Assembly (NCBI GenBank): GCA_020725765.1
Contig: DYEI01000232.1
Span: forward strand, 17,014-41,013
Length of the DNA: 24,000 nucleotides
Direction of reading: 5' to 3'
From: Anaerolinea sp.
Lineage (GTDB): Bacteria; Chloroflexota; Anaerolineae; SpSt-313
Positions 1 through 8,075 of this stretch are shown piece after piece (position 1 is the stretch's first letter; each line of letters opens with the position of its first letter). Below the pieces are notes generated by a model. That model did not search any database and had not been told where the DNA came from. It worked only from the letters and a program-made list of their open reading frames with translations. The position numbers were made by a program, and so were the translations under genes.

Positions 1-1
1 G

Positions 2-1243
2 TACGAGCGGTATGGCGATGCGGTGCGCAACGCGCTGCGAGAGGCGCTCGAGCAGAACAGCGAGTTCGTGTCGCAGGATGAGCAGTGGTTCCTGCGCGGG
101 CTCTTGCCGGAGGTACACGTCGGCTATCTGAACCTCGCCGAAGCCGTGATCGATGTCGCCGGCCACCCGCTCTCGGCGGAGGAGATTCTGCAGCAGCTCG
201 ATCTGGCTCCCGAAGCGAGGCCGCAGGCCCGCGTCTTTGCCCTCAACCTCGCCCTCGAGGGGGATGACCGGTTCGACAATGTCGGCACCCCGGGGCAGCC
301 TCGCTGGTTCCTGTACAACCTCGAGCCGCAGGCCGTCGCGGCGCGGCCCGAGGTTCTGTATGTCCAGTCGCCGGCCCGTGGCGGTGAGTGGCTGCATCGG
401 GAGTCGCTGGAGATCGCGCAGGAGATCGGCGACGAGCTGGACGAGCTTCCGGGCGAACAGGTCCCCGTGTTCTCTCCCGAGACCGGCCGGGCGAGCGTGG
501 TGCTCAACTTCCCGCACCGACAGGCAGGCACCTTCCCGCTGACCCGCGAGATGCTGGCGCTGTTTCCGAGCGGCGAGTACACGCGCATCCCCATCCACAT
601 CGTGGATAGCAGGACCGACAGCCGCTGGATGGGCTGGGTGCTACCCGAAGAGCGCTACGGCTGGGGCCTCGGGGAGTGGTACAGGCGCGAGGAGATCCCG
701 GCCGGCGCGACGGTCGACTTTTTGATGACCCGGGACCCGTATACGGTGGCCGTGCAGTGCGATGTACGGTCGCGGCGATCTGAGTGGGTGCGGGTGCCGC
801 ATGTGGAGAACGCACGGCTGACGTTCGAGATCCGCAAGCGAGCCTATACCTGCCGATACGACCGCAACCTTCTGCTCGGCGAGCCTCTCGAGCCCGAGCG
901 CCTCGACGAGGTGCGCCGGCAGTATCGCCGCGAGAACCAGAGCCTGTTCCAGGTGCTTCTGCGGGTGTTCCCAGAGCTTGCCAAGCTCGGGAGCCAGGGG
1001 CTCGTCCACGCCAAGGCGTTGTACGCCGCCGTGAACGTGGTGTGGCGCAGCGGGGCTGTTCCCATCTTTGCCGAGCTGGCCCGCCATGCCTGCTTCGACC
1101 CGGTTGGCGATGGAAACTGGGTCTTTGACGAGAGCCTCACCGATGTGGTGTATTCGACACCCGAGGAAATGGAGGCCCGCCCGCGCTCGCGGAGGGTCGA
1201 TCTGATACGTGACCGGGTGCTGTGTTACGGCAGCCGTCCATAG
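2..1243 (+). CDS. Hypothetical protein, 5'-truncated by the window edge (413 aa visible). Contains a possible HARE-HTH/winged-helix-like segment.
   Basis: The frame is open from nt 2 with no stop. The track start at 23 is a GTG with no SD upstream, so the gene probably begins upstream of the window. G/C dominates third codon positions, as in the recognised genes. The segment AEAVIDVAGHPLSAEEILQQL resembles the opening helices of HARE-HTH domains. I recognise no family for the rest. Confidence 0.75.
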   Translation, partial: YERYGDAVRNALREALEQNSEFVSQDEQWFLRGLLPEVHVGYLNLAEAVIDVAGHPLSAEEILQQLDLAPEARPQARVFALNLALEGDDRFDNVGTPGQPRWFLYNLEPQAVAARPEVLYVQSPARGGEWLHRESLEIAQEIGDELDELPGEQVPVFSPETGRASVVLNFPHRQAGTFPLTREMLALFPSGEYTRIPIHIVDSRTDSRWMGWVLPEERYGWGLGEWYRREEIPAGATVDFLMTRDPYTVAVQCDVRSRRSEWVRVPHVENARLTFEIRKRAYTCRYDRNLLLGEPLEPERLDEVRRQYRRENQSLFQVLLRVFPELAKLGSQGLVHAKALYAAVNVVWRSGAVPIFAELARHACFDPVGDGNWVFDESLTDVVYSTPEEMEARPRSRRVDLIRDRVLCYGSRP

Positions 1244-1254
1244 GAGAGATATCG

Positions 1255-1674
1255 ATGGCCAGATGGCTGCGTCCTACGGTTGATACCAAGTTCCATATCG
1301 ATCTTGAGTGGTGGCAGAAGCAGAACCGCGATATTCGGATCTACCTGACCCAGTCCCTCTGTGACGAGTGCCGCTCAGCGTACGCCGAGCTGCGCGACCT
1401 CGGCGAGGTCGACTGGGTCGACCCCGAGACCGGCGAGGTTCGACGCGAGGATGCGCTTTGGAGCACGCTGCGCACCTGCTGCAGCAGCAAGCCGGGCTAT
1501 ATCAAACCCAACACGCCGATCATCGATAGCATCTTCCTGACCTTCGTGGCCAACGGCAATGAGCCCCTGTCGCCCAGGGAGCTGCACGAGCGCCTCGACC
1601 GGCGGCCGGCTGAAACGATCCTGCGCATGCTGACCGCTGGGCAGGTCTACCTGGGTATCCGGCCGGTGAACTAG
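1255..1674 (+). CDS. Hypothetical small protein (139 aa) with CxxC...CC cysteines and a C-terminal HTH-like segment
   Basis: ATG at 1255 is preceded by GGAGAG (1243-1248), 11 nt after the upstream stop. The track start at 1222 overlaps the upstream gene and lacks an SD. Cysteines sit at C36/C39 (CDEC) and C75/C76. The segment NEPLSPRELHERL...LTAGQVYLGIRPV looks wHTH-like. A terminator follows. Confidence 0.7.
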   Translation: MARWLRPTVDTKFHIDLEWWQKQNRDIRIYLTQSLCDECRSAYAELRDLGEVDWVDPETGEVRREDALWSTLRTCCSSKPGYIKPNTPIIDSIFLTFVANGNEPLSPRELHERLDRRPAETILRMLTAGQVYLGIRPVN

Positions 1675-1720
1675 GCCCTCTGCCCCTCGGCGTGGCCGGG
1701 GGCAATCGTGGTGATGGTCG

Positions 1721-1756
1721 GCCCCGCAGGCTCCATGAGCCTGCGGGGCTTTTTCT
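1721..1756 (+). terminator. Rho-independent terminator of the plus-strand gene pair
   Basis: Perfect 11-bp stem CCCCGCAGGCT (1722-1732) / AGCCTGCGGGG (1738-1748), 5-nt loop CCATG, then CTTTTTCT. There is no U-tract in the minus-strand orientation. Confidence 0.8.
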
Positions 1757-1829
1757 CAGGCGCGCGGCGCCCCCTCCTCGCATGATGGATCGCACGCCGG
1801 GGGCTGCGCCGTCAAGACCCTAAAGGGCG

Positions 1830-3158
1830 CTATGCCTGCGCCTCCCGCACCAAGAAGCGCTCCAGCACGTCCTCCAGGGTAGGGCGACCGATCTCTTGCA
1901 GCTCGTACCGCACCCGCTCGGCGGGCTTGCTCAGAGCGATGACGCGCCGCAGGTCGACGGGCGTGGCGATGAGGACGAGGTCACAGGGTGTGGCATTGAT
2001 CGTCTGCTCGAGCTCGCGCAGCTGCGACGGACCGTAGCCCATGGCTGGAAGCAAGGGTCCGATGCTCGGGTACTCCTCGAACGCCTGCCGGATGGAGCCC
2101 AGAGCGTAGGGGCGCGGGTCGACCAGCTCGGCAGCCCCAAAGCGCTGCGCGGCGAGGACTCCCGCGCCGTAGGCCATCCCGCCGTGAGTGAGGGTCGGCC
2201 CATCCTCGATAACCAGCACGCGTCTGCCCCGGATGGCGGCGGGGTCCTCCACGAAGATCGGGGAGGCGGCCTCGACGATCACGGCGTCCGGGTTGGCGCG
2301 CTGCACATTCTCGCGCACGAGCCTCACGTTCTCCGGCGGGGCCGTGTCGACCTTGTTGATGACGATGGCATCGGCCATGCGCAGGTTAGCCTCGCCCGGG
2401 TGGTAGGCGAGCTCGTGCCCCGCCCGGTGTGGGTCGGCAACGACGATGTGCAGGTCTGGGCGGTAGAAGGGGAGGTCGTTGTTGCCGCCATCCCAGAGGA
2501 TCACGTCGCCCTCGGCCTCGGCCTCACGGAGTATGCGCTCATAGTCGACCCCGGCGTATACGACCACGCCCCGCTCGACCAACGGCTCGAACTCTTCCCG
2601 TTCCTCTATAGAGTAGGTGCGGGCCTCAAGGTCCTGCAGGGTCTCAAACCGCTGACACACCTGAGCCGACAGGTCACCGTAGGGCATGGGGTGCCGCACG
2701 ACCACCACCCGTCGGCCAGCCCGGGTGAGGATGCTGGTGACGTGCCGGGTTGTCTGGCTCTTGCCGGCGCCGGTTCGCACTGCGCCAATGGCGACGACGG
2801 GCACACGGGCCTCAAGCATCGTTGAGTCGGCACCCATGAGCAAATAGTCGGCCCCAGCGGCCAGCACTGCAGAGGCCCGATGCATGACATAGTCGTGAGG
2901 AACGTCGCTGTAGGCAAACACCACGAGGTTGACGCGCTCCCGGCGGATCAGGTCGAGGAGCTGCTCCTCGGGGTAGACGGGGATGCCGTTGGGGTAGAGA
3001 GATCCGGCCAGCTCTGGGGGGTAGGTGCGGCCGGCGATGTTGGGTATCTGGGCGGCGGTGAAGGCGACGACCTCGAAGGTGGAATCGTTGCGAAAGCGGA
3101 CGTTAAAGTTGTGAAAGTCGCGCCCTGCAGCGCCCATGATGATCACTCTGGCGCTCAT
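1830..3158 (-). CDS. COG2403-type P-loop NTPase (putative GTPase; cyclic 2,3-diphosphoglycerate synthetase-like family)
   Basis: 442 aa. N-terminal Rossmann-like VIIMGAAGRDFHNFN. Walker A GAVRTGAGKSQTT, WDGGNND (G3-like) and VINKVD (NKxD, guanine-specificity motif). The layout matches proteins usually annotated as predicted GTPase / CPGS-like. Lies 23 nt downstream of the Ptb-like gene. Confidence 0.8.
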   Translation of the reverse strand: MSARVIIMGAAGRDFHNFNVRFRNDSTFEVVAFTAAQIPNIAGRTYPPELAGSLYPNGIPVYPEEQLLDLIRRERVNLVVFAYSDVPHDYVMHRASAVLAAGADYLLMGADSTMLEARVPVVAIGAVRTGAGKSQTTRHVTSILTRAGRRVVVVRHPMPYGDLSAQVCQRFETLQDLEARTYSIEEREEFEPLVERGVVVYAGVDYERILREAEAEGDVILWDGGNNDLPFYRPDLHIVVADPHRAGHELAYHPGEANLRMADAIVINKVDTAPPENVRLVRENVQRANPDAVIVEAASPIFVEDPAAIRGRRVLVIEDGPTLTHGGMAYGAGVLAAQRFGAAELVDPRPYALGSIRQAFEEYPSIGPLLPAMGYGPSQLRELEQTINATPCDLVLIATPVDLRRVIALSKPAERVRYELQEIGRPTLEDVLERFLVREAQA

Positions 3159-3181
3159 CAGCGCTCTTGTCAGACCTCCTC

Positions 3182-4105
3182 TCAGCGCGCTATTTCTTCT
3201 CCTTTTGCGAACAGGACGCCGATGGCCACACAGGCCAGCCTGGTCTCGGCCGGGTCAGACCGGGAGCCCAAGGCCAGCGGGGCCCGGGTGCCGACGACCA
3301 GCCCGGCCATCTGGCCGCCTGCAAAGTAGGTGATGGCCTTGCACATTGTGTTGGTGGCCTCGAGCGTGGGGCCAACTAGGATCTCGGCCCGGCCCGCAAC
3401 CTCACCCCCCTTGCCCGCCGCTCTTGCCGCGTTCGGGTCGACGGCCACATCGAGAGTGAAGGGGCCGTCAACGACGGCCCCAAGGGACTCCCACAGCTCA
3501 CGCATGGCAACCAGCCCGGCGATCTCGCGGGTGACCGGGCGATCCAGCGATGTCGCGTTGGTGCCAGCCAGCAAGGCTACCCTGGGCTGCTCGAGCCCGA
3601 GCTTTTTCCCGACCTCGATGGCATTGCGGATGATCTCGGCCTTCTGATTGGCGTCGGGATAGAGTACGACCCCGCCATCCGAGATACACAGCAGCCGTGG
3701 GAAGCGAGGTATCTGAAAGACGCCGACGTGGGAAACCAGCCGCTCGGTCCGCAGCCCGAGCTCACGGTCCAACGCTGCATGCAAGAAGACCGTGCTCGAT
3801 ACGAACCCCTTGATCGCGACCTGGGCCTGGCCGGACCGCACCAGTTGCATCGTCGCCCGCGCAACCTCGTCGGCGCTGGTGCGGTGCACCACCTGACAGC
3901 CGCTCAGGTCCACGTCACCTTCGCGGGCGAGGGCACCGATGCGGCGCTCGTCGCCCACGAGAATGGGCTGGGCGAGGCCCAGGGAGCAGCAGGCCGCCGC
4001 CGCCTCCAGCACCTCGGTCTCCTCGCCGCCAGCGATGGCGATCGACAGGGTTGGCGGACGACGAGCGGCGTCGAGCAGGTCTGCAAAGCTGCGCAAGGCA
4101 GGCAT
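3182..4105 (-). CDS. Phosphate acetyl/butyryltransferase family protein (Ptb-like phosphotransacylase)
   Basis: 307 aa, collinear with clostridial Ptb as I recall it: AIAGGEE..VLEAA, ILVGD, KGFVSST.FL.A.L, LVSHV.VF, GPFTLDVA, GEVAGRAEILV.P.LEA.N, GTRAP..L.SR.D. SD AAGGGAGA lies upstream of the ATG at 4105. Confidence 0.9.
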   Translation of the reverse strand: MPALRSFADLLDAARRPPTLSIAIAGGEETEVLEAAAACCSLGLAQPILVGDERRIGALAREGDVDLSGCQVVHRTSADEVARATMQLVRSGQAQVAIKGFVSSTVFLHAALDRELGLRTERLVSHVGVFQIPRFPRLLCISDGGVVLYPDANQKAEIIRNAIEVGKKLGLEQPRVALLAGTNATSLDRPVTREIAGLVAMRELWESLGAVVDGPFTLDVAVDPNAARAAGKGGEVAGRAEILVGPTLEATNTMCKAITYFAGGQMAGLVVGTRAPLALGSRSDPAETRLACVAIGVLFAKGEEIAR

Positions 4106-4136
4106 GGCGTCTCCCTTGACCCCCTGCCACCGTAAG

Positions 4137-4856
4137 CTACTTGCCGGCTATCTTTACCAGCAAGATCCCGACCTCGTAGAGCAGTATCAGGGGAACCATC
4201 ACGATGACCATGTTGACCGGATCGGGTGTGGGCGTTACAACCGCTGCAATGACGGCAGCGAGCACGATCCAGAATCTGCGAAAGTTGCTGAGCGCCTTCG
4301 AGGTCACGAGGTTGAGCTTGGCCAGGAAGAACATGACCAACGGCAGCTCAAAGATGACCCCGACCCAGAACATGACGGTCGTGACAAAACCGATGTACTT
4401 CTCGATGGTCCAGAGTGGCGTGATGATGTTGGCACCAAAGCTGGCCAGGAAGCGCACCGCTGCTGGCAGCATCACCAACCCCGCGAAGGCGAGGCCGGCG
4501 ATGAATGATAGCGTGCCACCCGGAAGGAGCAGGTACAGGTATCGCTTTTCCTGTGGAGTCAGGGCCGGGAGCAGGTAGCGCACGATCTCGTAGAGGATCA
4601 CCGGCATTGCCAGTGCGACGCCGCAGATGAGGGCCACGCGGAAGTAGACGACAAACCCCTCGGTCGGGCCCTGGGCGACCAGCACGTGTTGCTCCATCGG
4701 CTTTTTCAGTACGAGCAGCACGCGCTCGGTGAAGATGAGGCTGAACGCAGTGCTGATGACCAGGGCGATGGCGATGACGATCAGCCGGTCGCGCAGCTCT
4801 TCGAGGTGCTCGACAATCGTCAGCTTGACATCGCCGGGAACTTCCTGGCTGCTCAT
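4137..4856 (-). CDS. tatC: Twin-arginine translocase subunit TatC
   Basis: 239 aa polytopic membrane protein. Has the TatC N-terminal signature HLEELRDRL, six hydrophobic segments and P.TP.PD near the C-terminal third. The ATGA overlap with tatA indicates translational coupling. Confidence 0.95.
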   Translation of the reverse strand: MSSQEVPGDVKLTIVEHLEELRDRLIVIAIALVISTAFSLIFTERVLLVLKKPMEQHVLVAQGPTEGFVVYFRVALICGVALAMPVILYEIVRYLLPALTPQEKRYLYLLLPGGTLSFIAGLAFAGLVMLPAAVRFLASFGANIITPLWTIEKYIGFVTTVMFWVGVIFELPLVMFFLAKLNLVTSKALSNFRRFWIVLAAVIAAVVTPTPDPVNMVIVMVPLILLYEVGILLVKIAGK

Positions 4857-5281
4857 CCTGCGCTCGTCCCTTCATCGTCGATGGCCGATCCGAGTCGGAG
4901 CCAATTCTCCTCCGCCTCGTCCATAGGTGATGCCTGCCTGGGCGCCTTCTCCGTCGTTGCGGGCTGGGCCTTGGGCTGGGCGGTGATCTCGGCGGAGAGT
5001 GCCCTGGCCTCACGCTGCACGGCCTGAGCCTCTGCCTGGGCGGTCTTGGTGACGTCGGTGAGGCTGGCCTGGATATCACTGAGGGGCTGTGTGAGATCGC
5101 TGCTGAGCTCTGCGACGCTGCCCTGGAGGTCAGCGGTCAACTCCCGACTGGCCTTCCTAAAGTCGTTCACGGCCCGGCCTATGGCCGCGCCGATCTCCGG
5201 CAGCCTGCCGGGGCCAAACACGATGAGGGCGATCACAAGGATCAGCAGCATCTCTGCTGGCCCCACGCCGAAGATCTCCAT
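4853..5281 (-). CDS. tatA: Twin-arginine translocase TatA/TatB-family protein with a long C-terminal tail
   Basis: The N-terminus MEIFGVGPAEMLLILVIALIVFGPGRLPEIGAAIGRAVNDFRKA is the canonical TatA/E/B TMH-hinge-amphipathic helix. SD GAGGAGAAG lies upstream. At 142 aa it is longer than a typical TatA. Confidence 0.9.
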   Translation of the reverse strand: MEIFGVGPAEMLLILVIALIVFGPGRLPEIGAAIGRAVNDFRKASRELTADLQGSVAELSSDLTQPLSDIQASLTDVTKTAQAEAQAVQREARALSAEITAQPKAQPATTEKAPRQASPMDEAEENWLRLGSAIDDEGTSAG

Positions 5282-5310
5282 GGGTTCTTCTCCTCTAGGG
5301 CCCGGCTGCG

Positions 5311-5754
5311 CTAGCTCTCGTGCTGAGCGGTGCCGGCCGAGATCGATAGCGAGGGGAGTTGGGCTACGAGCGCACCGAGGGCGCCATTCACAAAGCGCCG
5401 CGAGCTGTCGCTACCGAACAGCTTGGCCAACTCGACCGCCTCATTGATGGCAACTTTGGGAGACGTCTCGCCGCTGAACACTATCTCATAGATGGCGAGG
5501 CGCAGGATACTGCGGTCCACGCCCGCAATCTGCTCGACCGGCCACTCGGGGGCAACGCGTGCGATCAGCGAATCGATCTCACTCCGGTGCTCGAGCGTGC
5601 CCTTGACGAGGGCGCGGGCGAAGGCCTCGCCTTCAGGCGGCAGCTCCTTATCCGCGAGGCGTTGGCTGACGACCGTTTCTGGGTCGTGGTTCGTCATGTC
5701 GATCTCAAAGAGCGCCTGCAGTGCTACAACACGCGCTCGACGTCTGACTCTCAC
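5311..5754 (-). CDS. nusB: Transcription antitermination factor NusB
   Basis: 147 aa. RRARVVALQALFEID, DRSILRLAIYEI, KVAINEAVELAK.FG and FVNGALG are NusB hallmarks. GTG start with AGGGAGA SD 6 nt upstream. Confidence 0.93.
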   Translation of the reverse strand: MRVRRRARVVALQALFEIDMTNHDPETVVSQRLADKELPPEGEAFARALVKGTLEHRSEIDSLIARVAPEWPVEQIAGVDRSILRLAIYEIVFSGETSPKVAINEAVELAKLFGSDSSRRFVNGALGALVAQLPSLSISAGTAQHES

Positions 5755-5881
5755 CGCCGGTCTCCCTGCTGGAGCCTCACAGGCTACCTCGATCGTTCTC
5801 AGAGCCTGGCAACACGGCGGGCAATGCTCCTGCGTCCGAGGTCGGATGCAGGCCCGTCCCTCGTTAGCTCAGCGTGTCTGG

Positions 5882-6232
5882 TCAGGAGCCTATGCTGGCC
5901 CTCTCGATATCGCGAAAGTAGACATTAACCGCCCGGACAGGCATGCCAACCATGTCATGCACCGCCCGGGTGACCCTGGCCTGGATCTCCCGGCCGAGGG
6001 CCGACAGGCTGACATCGGGCTGTGCCACCACATAGACGTCAATGACCACGGCATCTTCGACGACATCGACGCGGACTCCGGCGTTGGGCCCCAGCCCTCC
6101 CCAGAGTGACCCGACGCCGCGCACCGGCGCAGGGGACAGGCGGCTGACTCCCGGCACCGATAGCGTGGTCAACCGGGCGATGGTGGCCAGCACCCTCGGG
6201 GCGATACGAACCGTGCCCAGCTTTTCATTCAT
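5882..6232 (-). CDS. Asp23/Gls24 family envelope stress protein (YqhY-like, upstream of nusB)
   Basis: 116 aa from the internal ATG at 6232 (MNEKLGTVRIAPRVLATIA...GVRVDVVEDAVVIDVYVV...VHDMVGMPVRAVNVYFRDI). SD GGAAGTGAGG lies upstream. The longer track ORF (to 6394) would overlap the fabG 3' end with an Arg/Ser/Pro-rich off-frame-looking extension. Confidence 0.85.
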   Translation of the reverse strand: MNEKLGTVRIAPRVLATIARLTTLSVPGVSRLSPAPVRGVGSLWGGLGPNAGVRVDVVEDAVVIDVYVVAQPDVSLSALGREIQARVTRAVHDMVGMPVRAVNVYFRDIERASIGS

Positions 6233-6287
6233 TTCCGGTGCCTCACTTCCCGGGGGTCGCGTCCCCGCGGGGCATCGATAGCCCCAC

Positions 6288-7031
6288 CTACATCGCGAGA
6301 CCGCCGTCAACGCAGAGGACCTGGCCCGTGATAAAGCTCGCCTCGTCGGAGGCGAGGAAAGCCACGGCACTGGCGATCTCTTCCGGCGTGCCAAAGCGCC
6401 CCAATGGCGTCGCCTCGATCGCTCTTGCCTTGAGCTCCTCGGGCAGATCGCGGGTCAGGGCGCTGGGCACAAACCCGGGAGCGACGGCGTTGACGGTGAT
6501 ATTGCGTGAAGCTACCTCTCTTGCCACAGCCTTGGTGAACCCGATCAGGCCCGCTTTGGCCGCAGAGTAGTTGGCCTGCCCGGCATTGCCGGCGATACCG
6601 CTCACCGATGTGATGTTGACGATACGCCCGTATCGCTGCTTCATCATCGGACGCAAGCATGCCCTGGTGCAATGGAACGCGCCCTTGAGATTCGTGTCGA
6701 GCACCGTGTCCCAGTCCTCAGCCGACATGCGGACAAGCAGGCCATCCCGCGTCGTGCCCGCGTTGTTGACCAGGATGTCGATGCGCCCGAACGCTTCGAG
6801 GGCGCGGCGGATCAGCTCCTCCGCCTCCGAAGCGATGCGAACATCGCCCTGCACGGCCTCCGCACGCCCACCCGCAGCCCGGATCTCGCGGACCACCTCC
6901 TCGGCGCCGGCAGCGTCGGCCCTGTAGTTCACTGCCACCTGGGCGCCGAGTGCGGCAAGCTTCAGGCAGATTGCCCGGCCAATGCCGCGGGACCCGCCGG
7001 TCACGACTGCCGCTTTCCCTGTCAGGTCCAC
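6288..7031 (-). CDS. fabG: 3-oxoacyl-[acyl-carrier-protein] reductase FabG (SDR)
   Basis: 247 aa. TGGSRGIGRA cofactor motif, NNAG, the S...YSAAK catalytic triad, and C-terminal ITGQVL.VDGG. GTG start with GGAGGAAG SD. Lies directly downstream of fabD. Confidence 0.92.
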   Translation of the reverse strand: MDLTGKAAVVTGGSRGIGRAICLKLAALGAQVAVNYRADAAGAEEVVREIRAAGGRAEAVQGDVRIASEAEELIRRALEAFGRIDILVNNAGTTRDGLLVRMSAEDWDTVLDTNLKGAFHCTRACLRPMMKQRYGRIVNITSVSGIAGNAGQANYSAAKAGLIGFTKAVAREVASRNITVNAVAPGFVPSALTRDLPEELKARAIEATPLGRFGTPEEIASAVAFLASDEASFITGQVLCVDGGLAM

Positions 7032-7044
7032 CTCTTCCTCCGCC

Positions 7045-8010
7045 TCAGGAGTGGGGCATCTGCCGAATCGCGTCTGCCGCCTGCCTCACCCCTGCAAGGT
7101 CGCCACAGGGAATGCAGGTGGCCTCGGGGGCGATGCGTCTGACGAGCCCGGTGAGCACGTCCTTGGGGCCGACTTCGATAAAGGTCGAGATGCCCTGGTC
7201 GATGATGTACTGGATCGAGGACGTCCAGCGCACAGGCGAGATGAGCTGCGCCTCGAGCTCGGCAGCTACCGCCTCCGCAGAGACCAGCGGACGGGCATCA
7301 CGGTTGGCGACGACGGGGATACGAGGAGGATGCAGGTCCGCACGGTGTAGCGCTTCTCGGAACCGGGCGGCAGCCGGCTCCATGAGCGGCGAGTGGGCAG
7401 CGATGCTCACGGCGAGGGGGACGACACGTCTCGCCCCGCGGGCCCTCGCCAGCTCGGCGGCGACGCGAACCCCTTCCGGCCTGCCTGAGATGACCACCTG
7501 CCCGGGTGCGTTGTCGTTGGCCACGACGACGACCTGGCCGGTCTGCGCCGCAGCCTCCCGGCAGATGTCGGAGACCGTCTCCAGATCAAGCCCCAGGATT
7601 GCCGCCATGCCGCCGGGGTCCCCATCGCCGGCAGCCTTCATTGCCCGGCCGCGCTCGCTGACGAGCCCAAACCCCGTAGAGAAGGAGAATGCTCCCGCGA
7701 TCGCCAGCGCGGCGTACTCGCCGACGCTGTGCCCGGCGGCGACGGCCGGTGCGTCGGCAGGGCCTGCGAGGGCCTCCTGTAACGCCGCCCAGCAGGCAAG
7801 TGACGTCACGTAAAGGGCCGGTTGTGCGTTGACGGTCTCCGTAAGCTGCTCGGAAGGGCCCTCGAACACCAGCCGGGTAAGCTGGCCCTGCCAGAGATTA
7901 TCCGCCTCGTCAAAGATGGCCCGTGCCGCGGCGGATGCGTCGTACAGATCGCGTCCCATACCAACGAACTGCGAGCCCTGACCGGGGAAAAGCACTGCGT
8001 ATCCGGGCAT
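7045..8010 (-). CDS. fabD: Malonyl CoA-ACP transacylase FabD
   Basis: 321 aa. N-terminal FPGQGSQ..GMG, active-site GHSVGEYAAL, and a downstream VSIAAHSPLM-type motif. SD GGAGGT upstream. Confidence 0.95.
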   Translation of the reverse strand: MPGYAVLFPGQGSQFVGMGRDLYDASAAARAIFDEADNLWQGQLTRLVFEGPSEQLTETVNAQPALYVTSLACWAALQEALAGPADAPAVAAGHSVGEYAALAIAGAFSFSTGFGLVSERGRAMKAAGDGDPGGMAAILGLDLETVSDICREAAAQTGQVVVVANDNAPGQVVISGRPEGVRVAAELARARGARRVVPLAVSIAAHSPLMEPAAARFREALHRADLHPPRIPVVANRDARPLVSAEAVAAELEAQLISPVRWTSSIQYIIDQGISTFIEVGPKDVLTGLVRRIAPEATCIPCGDLAGVRQAADAIRQMPHS

Positions 8011-8075
8011 TGGACCTCCGGGTTGCCGGGGCAGCCGTAGCCGAGCGGTCGATCACGCTCGACGGGAAGGACCGT

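Noticed and set aside
1757-1829. Possible terminator for the minus-strand operon downstream of the COG2403 gene
   Set aside because: The only candidate is an imperfect, bulged GC pairing (CGGCGCCCC ... GGGGCTGCGCCG) around a ~25-nt loop, with no U-tract. The strong hairpin at 1722-1748 has its T-tract only in the plus-strand orientation.
1896-2825. A 309-aa plus-strand ORF. It stands for all the long antisense ORFs in the track, e.g. 6950-7813, 8968-9810, 9874-10758, 10912-11700, 13698-14849, 17099-17950 and 22591-23607.
   Set aside because: Each lies entirely antisense or out of frame to a gene with unmistakable family motifs. Their translations are Arg/Gly/Ala/Pro/His-rich low-information strings, typical of stop-poor alternative frames in GC-rich DNA. 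None has a plausible SD.
5755-5881. 127-nt spacer upstream of nusB, checked for a promoter, a boxA-like element or a small ORF
   Set aside because: I found only an imperfect 11-bp hairpin (CCTGCATCCGA / TCGGACGCAGG, one mismatch) and weak -35-like TTGCC(C/A) hexamers without a credible -10. There is no boxA-like sequence and no ATG-initiated ORF.
6233-6287. Runs of G/C palindromes (GGGGC-TATCGAT-GCCCC, CCCCGCGGGG) between fabG and the Asp23 gene
   Set aside because: The stems are short (4-5 bp) and mutually exclusive, with no U-tract. Such structures are expected by chance at this GC content.
6233-6394. N-terminal extensions offered by the ORF track. These are the Asp23 extension shown here, plus 18877-19053 (peptidase), 23557-23601 (binding protein), 11971-12021 (recG), 16945-17004 (rpe), 8886-8900 (yceD) and 1222-1254 (small plus-strand ORF).
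   Set aside because: The extensions overlap the neighbouring gene or use GTG/TTG codons without an SD. In each case an internal ATG is preceded by a good GGAGG-type SD and matches the expected family N-terminus.
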